34,803 nt of DNA from Hyphomicrobium sp. (lineage in GTDB: Bacteria; Pseudomonadota; Alphaproteobacteria; Rhizobiales; Hyphomicrobiaceae). A program made the position numbers and the translations under genes. The notes beneath the pieces were generated by a model, which saw only the letters and a list, made by a program, of their open reading frames with translations, was not told the origin of the DNA and did not search any database. Shown here piece after piece: positions 16,842 to 29,443 of the stretch (within the stretch, counting starts at the first letter, position 1; every line of letters starts with the position of its first letter). The stretch covers positions 1 to 34,803 of the forward strand of contig JAUWCP010000001.1 in the NCBI GenBank assembly GCA_030609245.1, written 5' to 3'.

Positions 16842-17900
16842 ATGACCGAAGGCGTCAGCGAGCTCAACAAACTCAGCGATCGCTCCCGCACTATTCTCCG
16901 GCAGATCGTCGAGACCTACCTGACGACGGGCGAGCCCGTCGGCTCGCGCAATTTGTCGCGCGTTCTGCCGATGACCCTGTCGCCGGCCTCGATTCGCAAC
17001 GTGATGTCGGATTTGGAGCAGCTCGGACTCATCGCAGCACCCCACACATCCGCCGGACGCCTGCCGACCCAGCTCGGCTTGCGCCTTTTCGTCGACGGCC
17101 TGCTTGAGATCGGCAATCTGACTTCGGAGGAACGTCGCAAGATCGAGGCGCAGATCGTGACTAAGCGCCAGCAATCAATCGATGACGTGCTAAGCGAAGC
17201 AAGCGAGATGATTTCGGGCTTGTCGCACTGTGCCGGCGTGGTGCTCGCTGAGAAGCAAGTTGCCTGCTTGAAGCACATCGAGTTTGTGCCGCTGGAGCCA
17301 GGCAAGGCACTCGTGGTGCTGGTGGGAGATGACCAAGTCGTCGAGAATCGCATTATCGCGTTGCCAAAGGGGCTTCCGCCGTCGGCGCTGGCGGAAGCGG
17401 CGAATTACCTCAATACACACATCCGCGGGTTGACCATTGCGGAGGCGCGCACTCACATGGAGAAGGAGCTGCGGAGCTCCAGAGCCGAGCTTGACGGGCT
17501 GACGCAGAAGGTCATCCAGGCAGGTCTGGCGGAATGGTCGGGCGCGTTCGACGACCGACAGAGCCTCATTGTGCGCGGCCAGTCCAACCTCTTAAAGGAC
17601 GTGACGGCCCAGGACGACTTGGAACGCATCCGCCAGCTGTTCGACGACTTGGAGCAAAAGCGCGATCTGGTGCAGCTTCTCGGCTTGTCGGAGAACGCGG
17701 ACGGTGTCCGCATCTTTATTGGGTCTGAGAACAAACTGTTCTCGCTTTCTGGCTCGTCGCTGATCGTTGCGCCTTTCCACGACGATAAGCGTAAAATTGT
17801 TGGTGTTCTGGGTGTCATCGGGCCCACGCGCATCAATTATGCCCGGATTATCCCCATGGTCGACTATACGGCCAAGCTCGTTAGCCGCTTGTTGACTTGA
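16842..17900 (+). CDS. hrcA: Heat-inducible transcription repressor
   Basis: [40 protein letters not shown]. Confidence 0.97.
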   Translation: MTEGVSELNKLSDRSRTILRQIVETYLTTGEPVGSRNLSRVLPMTLSPASIRNVMSDLEQLGLIAAPHTSAGRLPTQLGLRLFVDGLLEIGNLTSEERRKIEAQIVTKRQQSIDDVLSEASEMISGLSHCAGVVLAEKQVACLKHIEFVPLEPGKALVVLVGDDQVVENRIIALPKGLPPSALAEAANYLNTHIRGLTIAEARTHMEKELRSSRAELDGLTQKVIQAGLAEWSGAFDDRQSLIVRGQSNLLKDVTAQDDLERIRQLFDDLEQKRDLVQLLGLSENADGVRIFIGSENKLFSLSGSSLIVAPFHDDKRKIVGVLGVIGPTRINYARIIPMVDYTAKLVSRLLT

Positions 17901-17925
17901 TTTCTCTAATGCATCGACCGATATC
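17896..17925 (+). promoter_or_regulatory. RpoH-like promoter of grpE
   Basis: CTTGAT-N16-CCGATATC overlapping the hrcA stop. Confidence 0.55.
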
Positions 17926-18025
17926 GGGCAGAAGCGAATTCGCGAATTGATCCGCTCCCTTCTGGATGCGGCTGAATCAACGATTGCTGCTAAGAGAAAA
18001 GAACCCGCCGGTAAGCGGAGATGAC

Positions 18026-18676
18026 ATGACGGATGAGAAGAAAGTGACTACCGAGGCGAATGATCCCGGTATCGCAGGCGAACAAGAACCTGCTGCAGAC
18101 GGCGGCAGGCCCGCAGACGATGCTGGCGCACTGGAAGTTCAGATCAGTGATCTGACCGACCGCCTTTTGCGTGCGCATGCTGAAATGGACAATTTCAGAA
18201 AGCGCAACGAGCGCGACAAGGCGGACATTGCGAAGTTTGCCATTAGCAAGTTCGCCCGAGAAATTCTGGCCATAGGCGACAACCTGCAGCGGGCGATCGC
18301 CGCAGTGCCGCCTGGCGCTGCCGAGGAGGACCCGGCGCTGAAGAGCTTGATCGATGGCGTTGCCATGACCGAGCGCGAGTTCGTGAATGTGCTTGAGCGC
18401 AACGGCGTGCAGCGCATCGATTCAGAGGGCGAGGCCTTCGACCCACATAAGCACCAGGCCATGAGTGAGGTGCATGATCCCGGTGTCGCCGCCGGAACCG
18501 TGGTGCAGGTGTTCCAACCCGGATACATTATCGAGGGTCGTGTCCTGCGCCCCGCGATGGTCGTCGTGGCGAAAGGTGGGGCCAAGAAGGCCAAGGTGGA
18601 CGCAGCAGCCCCCGGCGCCGAAGCGGCCAATGACGACACTCCTGGTGGCGAGGGAGACGCAAATCAGAACCCTTAA
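18026..18676 (+). CDS. grpE: Nucleotide exchange factor GrpE
   Basis: LRAHAEMDNFRKR, FDPHKHQAM, GY..RVLRPAMVVV. Confidence 0.96.
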   Translation: MTDEKKVTTEANDPGIAGEQEPAADGGRPADDAGALEVQISDLTDRLLRAHAEMDNFRKRNERDKADIAKFAISKFAREILAIGDNLQRAIAAVPPGAAEEDPALKSLIDGVAMTEREFVNVLERNGVQRIDSEGEAFDPHKHQAMSEVHDPGVAAGTVVQVFQPGYIIEGRVLRPAMVVVAKGGAKKAKVDAAAPGAEAANDDTPGGEGDANQNP

Positions 18677-18801
18677 GAAATATCCATGGAGAGCGGCCGA
18701 TTCTCGCCCAGCGGGTCTTAACGCCAGCCTCGATCACGGTTCGAGGCTACTGGATACAATAATGGTGGGGAAAATTGATCACACGCGTGTGGCCCAATCC
18801 C

Positions 18802-18830
18802 GTTGCGCACCCCAAAAGCGACCCTATATA
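18802..18830 (+). promoter_or_regulatory. RpoH-like promoter of dnaK
   Basis: GTTGCG-N15-CCTATATA about 125 nt upstream of dnaK. Confidence 0.6.
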
Positions 18831-18956
18831 AGCGACGGTTGCTATTGGACGCTCTAAATGGGACCGGGCCTAGCGCGTAAATTCCGCGAAAACGGATAAT
18901 CTGGACGCCGAGACCTCGGGTCCGGGCGGTCTGCCGCAAAAGATGAGGATAGGCAC

Positions 18957-20891
<1,935 letters not shown>

Positions 20892-20930
20892 GCCGCCGGT
20901 TCAGGCAATCCAGTAGCATTTGCCAATGGC

Positions 20931-20962
20931 GAGCCCGGCGATCCCGCCGGGCTCCACTTTTT
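20931..20962 (+). terminator. Intrinsic terminator after dnaK
   Basis: 10-bp stem GAGCCCGGCG/CGCCGGGCTC followed by CACTTTTT. Confidence 0.8.
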
Positions 20963-21130
20963 ATCGATCAGGAAGCTTGCCCAGACGGTGATGGTACCGA
21001 TTCTTTGTGACAACACCCAACGAGCATTATGCGGGATAAGGCCGCGTCGGCCTTTTCCAGCAGCGCAAAGATCGCTATCTCCAAATCGTGGGACGAACAC
21101 GTGCAAGAAACTGAAGGGCACGCGCTAAAC

Positions 21131-22267
21131 ATGGCCAAGCGGTGCTATTATGAAACACTTGGGCTCGTGCGGGAGGCCGGTGAGCCGGAAATCAAGTCCG
21201 CATACAGACGGATTGCCAAGGAATGCCACCCCGACCGCAACCCCGGCGACAACCGCGCCGAGGTCCGCTTTAAGGAGGTCAGCGAGGCCTATGAGGTCTT
21301 GAAGGACCCCCAGAAGCGCGCGGCGTACGATCACTTCGGTCATGCGGCCTTCGACGGCGGGGCGGGCGGTGCGCGCGGATTCGGGCCTGACTTCGCGTCA
21401 TCGATGTCCGATATCTTCGACGATCTATTCGGAGAGTTCATGGGTGGCCGTCGAGGCCATCGCCAAAGAACGTCGCGTGAACGCGGGGCGGACTTACGCT
21501 ACAACCTTGAGATCTCACTGTCCGACGCATTTGAAGGTAGGACGGCGCAGATCCTCGTGCCGACCAGCGTTTCCTGTGAAACATGCAGCGGCTCTGGGGC
21601 ACGCGAGGGCACGAAACCGTCCACATGTCCCACTTGCGGCGGCCATGGGAAGGTGCGTGCGAGTCAGGGCTTCTTCACCATCGAACGGACCTGCCCCACA
21701 TGCCAAGGGCGCGGTGACACGATTGAGTATCCCTGTTCCAAATGCAGCGGTGCGGGGCGTACCACGAAAGAGCGCACGCTGGCTGTCAACATCCCGCCCG
21801 GCGTCGAGGACGGCACGCGCATTCGTCTCGCAGGCGAGGGCGAAGCCGGCTTGAGAGGCGGACCGGCTGGCGATCTGTACATCTTCCTGTCGATCAAGCC
21901 CCACGAATTCTTCCAGCGCGACGGTGCCGACATTTTCTGCCGGGTGCCAATTTCAATGACGACGGCAGCGCTCGGCGGCGAGATAGAGGTGCCCACAGTT
22001 AACGGCGCGGCGACGCGCGTTAAGGTTCCGGAGGGCTCTGAGAGCGGCAAGCAGTTCCGACTCAAGGGCAAGGGCATGCCGGTGCTGCGCTCCAAGGTGA
22101 CGGGAGACATGTATATCCAGGTCGAGGTGGAAACGCCGAAGAAGCTGACCCGCCGTCAGCGCGATCTTCTCCAGGAGTTCGAGCGCGAGAGTCACAAGGA
22201 TACGAGCCCGGCGAGCGCCGGTTTCTTTGCCCGCGTGAAAGATTTCTTCGAAGGCAAGAGCGGCTAG
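21131..22267 (+). CDS. dnaJ: Chaperone DnaJ
   Basis: HPD J-domain, G/F-rich region, four CxxCxGxG zinc-finger repeats. Confidence 0.98.
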   Translation: MAKRCYYETLGLVREAGEPEIKSAYRRIAKECHPDRNPGDNRAEVRFKEVSEAYEVLKDPQKRAAYDHFGHAAFDGGAGGARGFGPDFASSMSDIFDDLFGEFMGGRRGHRQRTSRERGADLRYNLEISLSDAFEGRTAQILVPTSVSCETCSGSGAREGTKPSTCPTCGGHGKVRASQGFFTIERTCPTCQGRGDTIEYPCSKCSGAGRTTKERTLAVNIPPGVEDGTRIRLAGEGEAGLRGGPAGDLYIFLSIKPHEFFQRDGADIFCRVPISMTTAALGGEIEVPTVNGAATRVKVPEGSESGKQFRLKGKGMPVLRSKVTGDMYIQVEVETPKKLTRRQRDLLQEFERESHKDTSPASAGFFARVKDFFEGKSG

Positions 22268-22323
22268 GCTGAAAGATGCTGCGCGATCGCGCACCACTGT
22301 GACTTTTCCAACTGGAGCTGCAC

Positions 22324-22911
22324 ATGACGACGACCGCGAAGCTTTTGTTTTTCGCGGGCTCTGCGCGGACGGGCTCGTACAACAAGAAGCTTGCACAGCT
22401 CGGTGCAATGATTGCCGAAGCGAATGGCATCCCCGCAACCTTCGTCGATCTCGGCGACTATCCCATGCCGATCTATAACGGCGATCTTGAAGCCTCAGAG
22501 GGCCCCCCGGAGAATGCGAAGAAGCTAAAGACTGTCTTGGAAGCCCACACCGGTGTCTTCGTCGCAAGCCCTGAGTACAACGCCTCGATCTCTCCGCTGC
22601 TGAAGAACACGCTCGATTGGTTGAGCCGCGTGCGTGCAGAAGGAGAGGCGCCGTTGGAAGTTTTCAAGACGCGCGTGTTTGCCGTCGGCTCAGCCTCTCC
22701 TGGTGGCATGGGCGGACTAAGAAGCCTCATCACGCTACGTCAGGTATTGGAGCTGGGGCTTGGCGCACTGGTACTGCCCGACCAATTCGCCGTCCCTCGC
22801 GCGCGCGACGCCTTTGGCGAGGACGGGCATCTGACCAACAAGGAAGCCCAAGAACGGTATAAATTGCTCATTCAGAAAGTTGCGCGCGCCGCGCATGTGC
22901 TACATGGCTAG
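22324..22911 (+). CDS. NADPH-dependent FMN reductase
   Basis: AGSARTGSYN, SPEYNAS..LLKNTLDW, SASPGGMGG. Confidence 0.92.
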   Translation: MTTTAKLLFFAGSARTGSYNKKLAQLGAMIAEANGIPATFVDLGDYPMPIYNGDLEASEGPPENAKKLKTVLEAHTGVFVASPEYNASISPLLKNTLDWLSRVRAEGEAPLEVFKTRVFAVGSASPGGMGGLRSLITLRQVLELGLGALVLPDQFAVPRARDAFGEDGHLTNKEAQERYKLLIQKVARAAHVLHG

Positions 22912-22941
22912 GCTATCCGCTATCTAGTTGGCCAGTCCGCC

Positions 22942-23673
22942 ATGAGCCATATCACCGCCAAAGACCGACTCATCGTCGCACTCGACATGCCAACGCTTGA
23001 AGAAGCGGGGCGACTGGTCGCGACGCTCGATGAGAGCGTCACCTTCTATAAAGTGGGTCTGGAGCTGCTATTTTCCGGTGGTCTGGAGCTGGCGCATGCC
23101 CTCAAGGCGGATGGCAAGCACGTCTTCCTCGACATGAAACTTCTCGATATCGGCAACACTGTTGAGCGCGCAGTTGCAAACGCAGCCGAGTTCGGCGCTG
23201 ATTTCCTGACCGTACACGGACACGATCTAAAGACGCTGCGTGCCGCCGTAACGGGACGAGGCGGAGGTCACTTAAAGCTGCTGGCGGTGACCGTGTTGAC
23301 GAACCTGACATCCGACGACCTTGTGCAGCAGGGCACTTCGATGTCACCGTCGGACCTCGTGTTGAGGCGGGCACAGATCGCCCGGGAGTCGGGCTTTGAT
23401 GGTGTGATCGCATCGGGACAGGAGGCCGGCCGCATTCGCGACGCGGTTGGTCCTGGTTTTCTCATCGTCACGCCGGGAATCCGTTTGACGGGGAGTACTA
23501 CCGATGACCAAGAACGGGTGACCACGCCCGGTCACGCCATCGCGGCTGGCGCCGACTACATCGTCGTCGGGCGGCCGATCACGCAAGCGGATGATCCAAA
23601 GGCCATCGCGGAGACCTTCATTCACCACATTCGCGATGCCCACGTCCAAGCAGCGCGCAACCGCGCCGGATAG
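22942..23673 (+). CDS. pyrF: Orotidine-5'-phosphate decarboxylase
   Basis: LIVALD, FLDMKLLDIGNT, VTVLT, VTPGIR, VVGRPI. Confidence 0.96.
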   Translation: MSHITAKDRLIVALDMPTLEEAGRLVATLDESVTFYKVGLELLFSGGLELAHALKADGKHVFLDMKLLDIGNTVERAVANAAEFGADFLTVHGHDLKTLRAAVTGRGGGHLKLLAVTVLTNLTSDDLVQQGTSMSPSDLVLRRAQIARESGFDGVIASGQEAGRIRDAVGPGFLIVTPGIRLTGSTTDDQERVTTPGHAIAAGADYIVVGRPITQADDPKAIAETFIHHIRDAHVQAARNRAG

Positions 23674-23706
23674 CAGAAAATTTCAAGATTGGAGGACGAC
23701 CAGCCG

Positions 23707-23994
23707 ATGCCGAAGGGATACGTGATTGCACATGCGGAGGTGACGAACCCGGAGAAATGGGCTGAGTATGTCGCTGAATCCAAGGTGGCGCTCGACAAGT
23801 ACGGGGGCAAGCCGATTGTGCGCGGGGGCCGTTGCGAAATCGCTGAAGGCAAAGGCTGTCCTCGCAATGTCATTCTCGAGTTTGCAAGCTATGGCGACGC
23901 GCGCGCCTACGCCTTCTCGCCTGAGTACGCTAAGGCGAAGGCGCTCCGACAAGGGGCGGGCGTCATCGATATCGTTGTGGTCGAGGGAGTTTGA
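23707..23994 (+). CDS. DUF1330 domain protein
   Basis: GGK..RGG..EG, VILEFAS, SPEY, IVVVEG; GGAGG upstream. Confidence 0.88.
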   Translation: MPKGYVIAHAEVTNPEKWAEYVAESKVALDKYGGKPIVRGGRCEIAEGKGCPRNVILEFASYGDARAYAFSPEYAKAKALRQGAGVIDIVVVEGV

Positions 23995-24042
23995 GTGATC
24001 GAGCGGCCGTGGTGGCAGCGCTTCATCGAAGGCCTTATTCAC

Positions 24043-24777
24043 ATGCCGCACAGTCCAACGAGCAATGGCCGGTCACCCTGGCGCGCCACCGTGTTGACTC
24101 TCTTCCCCGAGATGTTCCCCGGCCCATTGGCGGTGTCTAACGTCGGCCAAGCGCTAGAAGCCGCGATCTGGTCGCTGCGCACAGTTTCGATCCGCGATTT
24201 TGGTCTGGGTAAGCATCGCGCTGTCGACGACACGCCAGCAGGTGGCGGCGCCGGCATGATCATGCGCGCCGATGTGCTCGCTGCCGCGATCGATCATGCG
24301 TACTCGGAAGAACTGGACGCACCGCTGATCTACCTCTCGCCACGGGGCGAGCGGCTTAACCAAGCCCTGGCCACAGAGCTTGCCGCGGGCCCCGGGGTTC
24401 TTCTGCTCGCCGGCCGCTTTGAAGGCGTTGACGAGCGCATTATCGCAGGCCGGGCCTTGCGCGAAGTTTCCATAGGAGATTACGTGCTCTCAGGCGGCGA
24501 GCTTGCCGCCATGGTGCTGATCGAGGCTTGCGTGCGTTTGCTGCCCGGCGTTGTCGGTACGCCCTCTTCGCTCGATCAAGAGAGTTTTGAGGCGGGGTTG
24601 CTCGAATATCCCCAATACACCAAGCCCCGCGAGTGGGAGGGACGCACGATCCCCGAGATTCTGCTCTCCGGGGATCACGCGAAAATTGCTGAATGGCGCC
24701 GGGCCGAGGCACTGCGCCTGACGGCACAGCGCCGGCCCGATCTGCTCACCCCCCCAAGATCCGGCGAGAAATCCTGA
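24043..24777 (+). CDS. trmD: tRNA (guanine-37-N1)-methyltransferase
   Basis: [46 protein letters not shown]. Confidence 0.97.
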   Translation: MPHSPTSNGRSPWRATVLTLFPEMFPGPLAVSNVGQALEAAIWSLRTVSIRDFGLGKHRAVDDTPAGGGAGMIMRADVLAAAIDHAYSEELDAPLIYLSPRGERLNQALATELAAGPGVLLLAGRFEGVDERIIAGRALREVSIGDYVLSGGELAAMVLIEACVRLLPGVVGTPSSLDQESFEAGLLEYPQYTKPREWEGRTIPEILLSGDHAKIAEWRRAEALRLTAQRRPDLLTPPRSGEKS

Positions 24778-24787
24778 GAAGACCGTA

Positions 24788-24816
24788 TCGACAAGGGGCT
24801 GCGTTTCGGCTATGAC
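24788..24816 (+). promoter_or_regulatory. Sigma70-like promoter of rplS
   Basis: TCGACA-N17-TATGAC in the trmD-rplS gap. Confidence 0.45.
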
Positions 24817-24904
24817 GCCCCCAATTCCCCAATGCTTGGCGTAGCGAGGTGCCGGCCTTTCGGGCCGAGCTGCCACAGCACATATGTATGCCCAAGGTGC
24901 GCAG

Positions 24905-25573
24905 ATGAACATTATCCAAGAGCTCGAACACGAGCAGATTAGGTCCCTCACGGCAAAGCGCGCCGTGCCTGAGTTTGGCCCAGGCGATACCGTGCGCGTG
25001 ATGGTTAAAGTGATCGAGGGCAGCAACACGCGCCTGCAGGCCTACGAAGGCGTCGTAATCGGACGCTCGGGATCGGGTCTCAACGAGAATTTCACGGTGC
25101 GCAAGATCTCCTACGGCGAGGGCGTGGAGCGCGTGTTCCCGGTCTACTCACCCTACATTTCCGAGATCGAGGTCCTGCGGCGCGGCAAGGTGCGTCGGGC
25201 GAAGCTTTATTACCTGCGCGGCCGTCGCGGTAAATCGGCGCGCATCGCCGAGCGCTCGGACGCGCGCGCGCGCCGCCTGAATGCGCAGTGGAAGGGCTTC
25301 AAGAAACAAAAGGGCGAGCCCGATGATCTTTCGCAGATCAAGGGGATCGACGACGATCTTGCGGCACGCTTACGTCAGCTTAACTGCATCAAGCTCGAGC
25401 AGGTTGCGAACCTTTCCGATGAGGATATCGCAAATATCGACGAGGTGCTGCAGCTTGACGGGCGCATCGAAAAGGACGACTGGATCGCGCAGGCCCAGCG
25501 CCTCGTAGCCGAAGCTGCGGCCGCCGAAGTGCCGGCGGAAGAGGAAGCGCAAGAAGAGCCCAAAAAGGATTGA
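24905..25573 (+). CDS. rplS: 50S ribosomal protein L19 with C-terminal extension domain
   Basis: [36 protein letters not shown], then about 100 extra residues. Confidence 0.96.
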   Translation: MNIIQELEHEQIRSLTAKRAVPEFGPGDTVRVMVKVIEGSNTRLQAYEGVVIGRSGSGLNENFTVRKISYGEGVERVFPVYSPYISEIEVLRRGKVRRAKLYYLRGRRGKSARIAERSDARARRLNAQWKGFKKQKGEPDDLSQIKGIDDDLAARLRQLNCIKLEQVANLSDEDIANIDEVLQLDGRIEKDDWIAQAQRLVAEAAAAEVPAEEEAQEEPKKD

Positions 25574-25758
25574 GGCTCCGTCAAATGTGCGCCGGTCCGC
25601 TCTAGCGCTGCTCACGGCAGACATTCTAATAGCTGCTTACGGAAGATTTGCGCGGCCCTCGAGTGGGGCCGCCTACATTTAACGTGCATTGCGTCGCCAG
25701 CAGATTGCACTACATTTCTAAAGCTACTCTATTGACCGCTGGCTCTCAGGAACAACAC

Positions 25759-26583
25759 ATGTCGAACGTCGAAGTTGGCCGCGCGCCGGACCGAGATGGC
25801 AAAATCAAGCTACACGGGCCGGAAGCATTCGAGGGTATGCGAAATGCTGGCCAGCTTGCGGCCGAAGCGCTCGACATGCTGGCTGAGTACGTGGGGCCGG
25901 ACGTCACCACCGAGGCATTGGATGATCTCGTTCTGGAGTTCGCGCTGGATCATGGCGCGTATCCAGCACCGCTGAATTATCGCGGCTTCCCCAAGGCTAT
26001 CTGCACTTCGGTCAATCACGTCGTGTGCCACGGAATTCCCGGGCCCAAGCCGCTACGCGAGGGCGATATCCTCAACATCGACGTAACACTGATCGTTGAC
26101 GGCTGGCACGGAGACACGAGCCGCATGTATGCGGTCGGCGAAATCTCACGGCGCGCGGAGCGGCTTGTGGGCGTGACCTTCGAAGCGCTGAAGCGCGGTA
26201 TCGCCGCGGTCAAACCCGGTTTGACCACGGGCCACATTGGCGCGGCCATTCAATCGTATGCGGAATCGGAGCGCTGCAGCGTGGTGCGCGACTTCTGCGG
26301 TCATGGACTCGGCCAGGTTTTTCACGACCGGCCCAACATTCTTCACTATGGCGAAGAAGGTGAGGGCGTGACGCTGGAACCGGGAATGCTCTTTACCATC
26401 GAGCCCATGATTAACCTGGGCCGGCCGCACGTGAAGGTGCTGCCCGACGGCTGGACGGCGGTAACGCGCGACAGGGAGCTTTCCGCCCAGTTCGAGCATA
26501 CTGTGGGCGTTACCGAGACCGGGTGCGAGGTCTTCACGCATTCGCCGAACGACCTCGACTATCCGCTCGTTCGCCAGAACTAA
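25759..26583 (+). CDS. map: Methionine aminopeptidase type I
   Basis: [43 protein letters not shown]. Confidence 0.96.
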   Translation: MSNVEVGRAPDRDGKIKLHGPEAFEGMRNAGQLAAEALDMLAEYVGPDVTTEALDDLVLEFALDHGAYPAPLNYRGFPKAICTSVNHVVCHGIPGPKPLREGDILNIDVTLIVDGWHGDTSRMYAVGEISRRAERLVGVTFEALKRGIAAVKPGLTTGHIGAAIQSYAESERCSVVRDFCGHGLGQVFHDRPNILHYGEEGEGVTLEPGMLFTIEPMINLGRPHVKVLPDGWTAVTRDRELSAQFEHTVGVTETGCEVFTHSPNDLDYPLVRQN

Positions 26584-26603
26584 GGACTAAGGGGCCGGCA
26601 CCC

Positions 26604-27350
26604 ATGCCAGGTCGTGGGAACGATGGCGACGGCAGCGACGAGCACGCGGTAGGCCAAGGATCATTCTTCGAAGGCGCCGCGCCGCTGCACGCCGGCCACC
26701 GCCAGCGGCTGCGCGACCGTTTCCGCAAAGGCGGTGCCGACGCTCTGCCCGACTATGAGCTTCTGGAACTCATCCTCTTCCGCGCGCTTCCGCGCCGAGA
26801 TACGAAGGCGTTGGCCAAAAGCCTGATCGCCCGCTTTGGATCGTTCGCCGAGGTTGTCACCGCGCCGGAGCCCCGGCTCAAGGAAATTGAGGGCGCGGGC
26901 GATGCGGTGGTAACTGAGTTGAAACTCGTGCGCGCTGCCGCACTACGACTGACGCGCTCGGAAATCATGCAACGGCCTGCGCTCTCCTCCTGGGCCCAGG
27001 TGCTCGACTATCTGCGCGCCGCTCAAGGTTTCGAGCACCGTGAGCAGTTTCGCATTCTCTTTCTCGACAAGAAAAACCATCTAATCGCCGACGAGGTGCA
27101 GCACCAGGGCACGATTGACCACACACCCGTTTACGTGCGTGAAGTCGTGAAGCGCGCGCTGGAGTTATCGGCCACAGCGATCGTTCTGGTGCACAATCAC
27201 CCCTCAGGAGACCCAGCCCCCTCGCGCGCCGACATCGATATGACGAAACAAATCGTCGCTGCAGCAAAACCCCTCGGCGTTGCCGTTCACGATCACATCA
27301 TCGTTGGCCGCGACGGCCACACGAGCTTCAGAGCGCTGAAGCTTATTTGA
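26604..27350 (+). CDS. radC: RadC family (JAB/MPN domain) protein
   Basis: [35 protein letters not shown]. Confidence 0.93.
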   Translation: MPGRGNDGDGSDEHAVGQGSFFEGAAPLHAGHRQRLRDRFRKGGADALPDYELLELILFRALPRRDTKALAKSLIARFGSFAEVVTAPEPRLKEIEGAGDAVVTELKLVRAAALRLTRSEIMQRPALSSWAQVLDYLRAAQGFEHREQFRILFLDKKNHLIADEVQHQGTIDHTPVYVREVVKRALELSATAIVLVHNHPSGDPAPSRADIDMTKQIVAAAKPLGVAVHDHIIVGRDGHTSFRALKLI

Positions 27351-27440
27351 TTTTTGTGCGCAGCAGTGGCACGAAGCTGCCTGCCCAACGCCATGTTTAC
27401 TTGGTCACACTGGCAAACCCAAAGTTGGTAAAGAGCTTTC

Positions 27441-29435
27441 ATGTGCGGCATTGCGGGAATTCTCGACCTCACCGGCAAACGCGAACCCAGCCGCGCCAAA
27501 GTAGAGCGCATGGCAGAAGCCCTCCTGCACCGGGGACCCGACGACAAAGGCTACCTGTTCGCACCGGGCCTCGGGCTCGCATCACGCAGACTGAGCATCG
27601 TCGGTCTCGGTGACGGCAATCAACCCATCTTCAACGAAGATCGCACGGTCGCTGTCGTCTACAACGGCGAGCTGTTCGACTACCCGGAGCGCAAGGCCGA
27701 GCTTGAAGCCAAGGGCCACGTGTTTCGCACGCATACGGACACAGAAATCATCGTGCATCTTTATGAGGAGCACGGCGAGGACGTGTTCCAAGAACTCAAA
27801 GGTCAGTTCGCGCTAGCGCTGGTCGACTTTACCAAGCGCACCGTATTCCTCGCCCGTGACCGGGTTGGCATTTGCCCGCTGCATTGGTCGCAACAGGGCG
27901 ACTGGCTCGTATTCGGGTCCGAGATCAAGGCGCTGTTGGCCTCCGGTGAGGTCGCCGCAGCAGCCGATCCGCGAGGGCTCGATCATATGTTTACGTTCTT
28001 CGCGATGGGCGCCCGGCGTACGATGTTCGAAGGCGTGAACTCGCTGCTTCCAGGCCACTATCTGAAGATCGAATTTCGCCAGGACGCGCGGCGCACAGAG
28101 ATCCGCGAGCGGCGCTATTGGGACTTCGACTTCCCCGACGCGGGCCAAGAAGAAGACCCAGAGGATAGCAACAAGCTGATCGAGGATTTCGAGGCCACGT
28201 TCCGGCGTGCCGTGGAGATCCGCTTGCGCGCTGACGTGCCGGTCGTGGGTTACCTCAGCGGCGGCGTCGATTCTGCTTATGTGCTGGCGAATGCTTCAAA
28301 GGTTCGGGGCAGCCCCGTGCCAAGCTTCACCATCCAAGTACCCGGAAAGGGTCTCGACGAGAAAGACGATGCGCTTGTCACCGCGCGCCACCTCGGCAGC
28401 CAGCCCACGATTTTGAGATGCGATAGCAAAGTCATCACCGACGCCTACCCGCGGCTGATTTCGGCCGCCGATTGCCCCGTCATTGACACGTCTTGTGCCG
28501 CTCTGTGGTGCCTTGCAAATGAGGTGCACAACCAGGGTTACAAAGTCGCGCTGACAGGGGAAGGTTCGGACGAGGCATTCGCCGGTTACGTTTGGTTCAA
28601 GATGCGCAACCTTACCTATTGGCTCGACTTCGCCGGCTCACAATCTAGCGACTCTGTAAGCCGTTTCATTCGCAAGCGGGCTGCGCCAGGGACAAAACTG
28701 GACGATCTTCGACGCATAGACGCGACCGTAGGGCGGGCGCACGCGCAAATGCTTCTCTATCACCTCGTATCCCAATCGCGGGATCGCTACTTCAGCGCTG
28801 CCTTGAAGGATCGACTGGGCGATATGAACGCCTACGAGGATCTGCCGCTTGACCTGGAACGCATGCGCCGATGGTCCCCTCTCAACCAGTCTCTCTACTT
28901 CGGCTACAAGGTCATGCTGGCGGGACTGCTGATGAATCACAAGGGTGACCGAGTCGCCATGGCTAACAGCGTCGAGACCCGTTACCCGTTCCTCGATGAG
29001 GACGTGATCGCATTTGCCTCCCGGCTGCACCCGCGTTGGAAGCTGCGCGGCTTTACCAGGGACAAGTATCTTCTGCGCCAGGCGGCCGCGCGCATGCTGC
29101 CCAAGGAGGTGGCATTTCGGCCCAAAGGCATGTTCCGCGCGCCCCTGGCGGAAACGTTCCTCAACGACCCGCCGCCATTCGTGCAGCAGCTCATAAGCGA
29201 GGAAGCGCTACGCAAGACCGGCTATTTCGACGTCGAAGCCGTCCGGCGCGACATTGCGCTTTTTGGCAAAGGGGAAGCGGCCAAGCTCGGGACCTTTACC
29301 AATATGGGACTGAATGGCGTATTGGCAACGCAGCTCTGGCACCATCTCTATTTGGATGGAAGCTTATGCGACCTTCCAAACCATGAACCCAAGCCACACG
29401 TCGAGCGACCGAACAGGACGCAAGCGGCCGCTTGA
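27441..29435 (+). CDS. asnB: Asparagine synthase-type glutamine-dependent amidotransferase
   Basis: MCGIAG, HRGPD, YNGEL, YLSGGVDS, TGEGSDE, DRVAMANSVETRYPFLD. Confidence 0.9.
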   Translation: MCGIAGILDLTGKREPSRAKVERMAEALLHRGPDDKGYLFAPGLGLASRRLSIVGLGDGNQPIFNEDRTVAVVYNGELFDYPERKAELEAKGHVFRTHTDTEIIVHLYEEHGEDVFQELKGQFALALVDFTKRTVFLARDRVGICPLHWSQQGDWLVFGSEIKALLASGEVAAAADPRGLDHMFTFFAMGARRTMFEGVNSLLPGHYLKIEFRQDARRTEIRERRYWDFDFPDAGQEEDPEDSNKLIEDFEATFRRAVEIRLRADVPVVGYLSGGVDSAYVLANASKVRGSPVPSFTIQVPGKGLDEKDDALVTARHLGSQPTILRCDSKVITDAYPRLISAADCPVIDTSCAALWCLANEVHNQGYKVALTGEGSDEAFAGYVWFKMRNLTYWLDFAGSQSSDSVSRFIRKRAAPGTKLDDLRRIDATVGRAHAQMLLYHLVSQSRDRYFSAALKDRLGDMNAYEDLPLDLERMRRWSPLNQSLYFGYKVMLAGLLMNHKGDRVAMANSVETRYPFLDEDVIAFASRLHPRWKLRGFTRDKYLLRQAAARMLPKEVAFRPKGMFRAPLAETFLNDPPPFVQQLISEEALRKTGYFDVEAVRRDIALFGKGEAAKLGTFTNMGLNGVLATQLWHHLYLDGSLCDLPNHEPKPHVERPNRTQAAA

Positions 29436-29443
29436 ATATCCAA

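Noticed and set aside
26604-27350. radC as a mobile-element marker
   Set aside because: Full-length chromosomal type next to map; no integrase or other mobile genes in the window.
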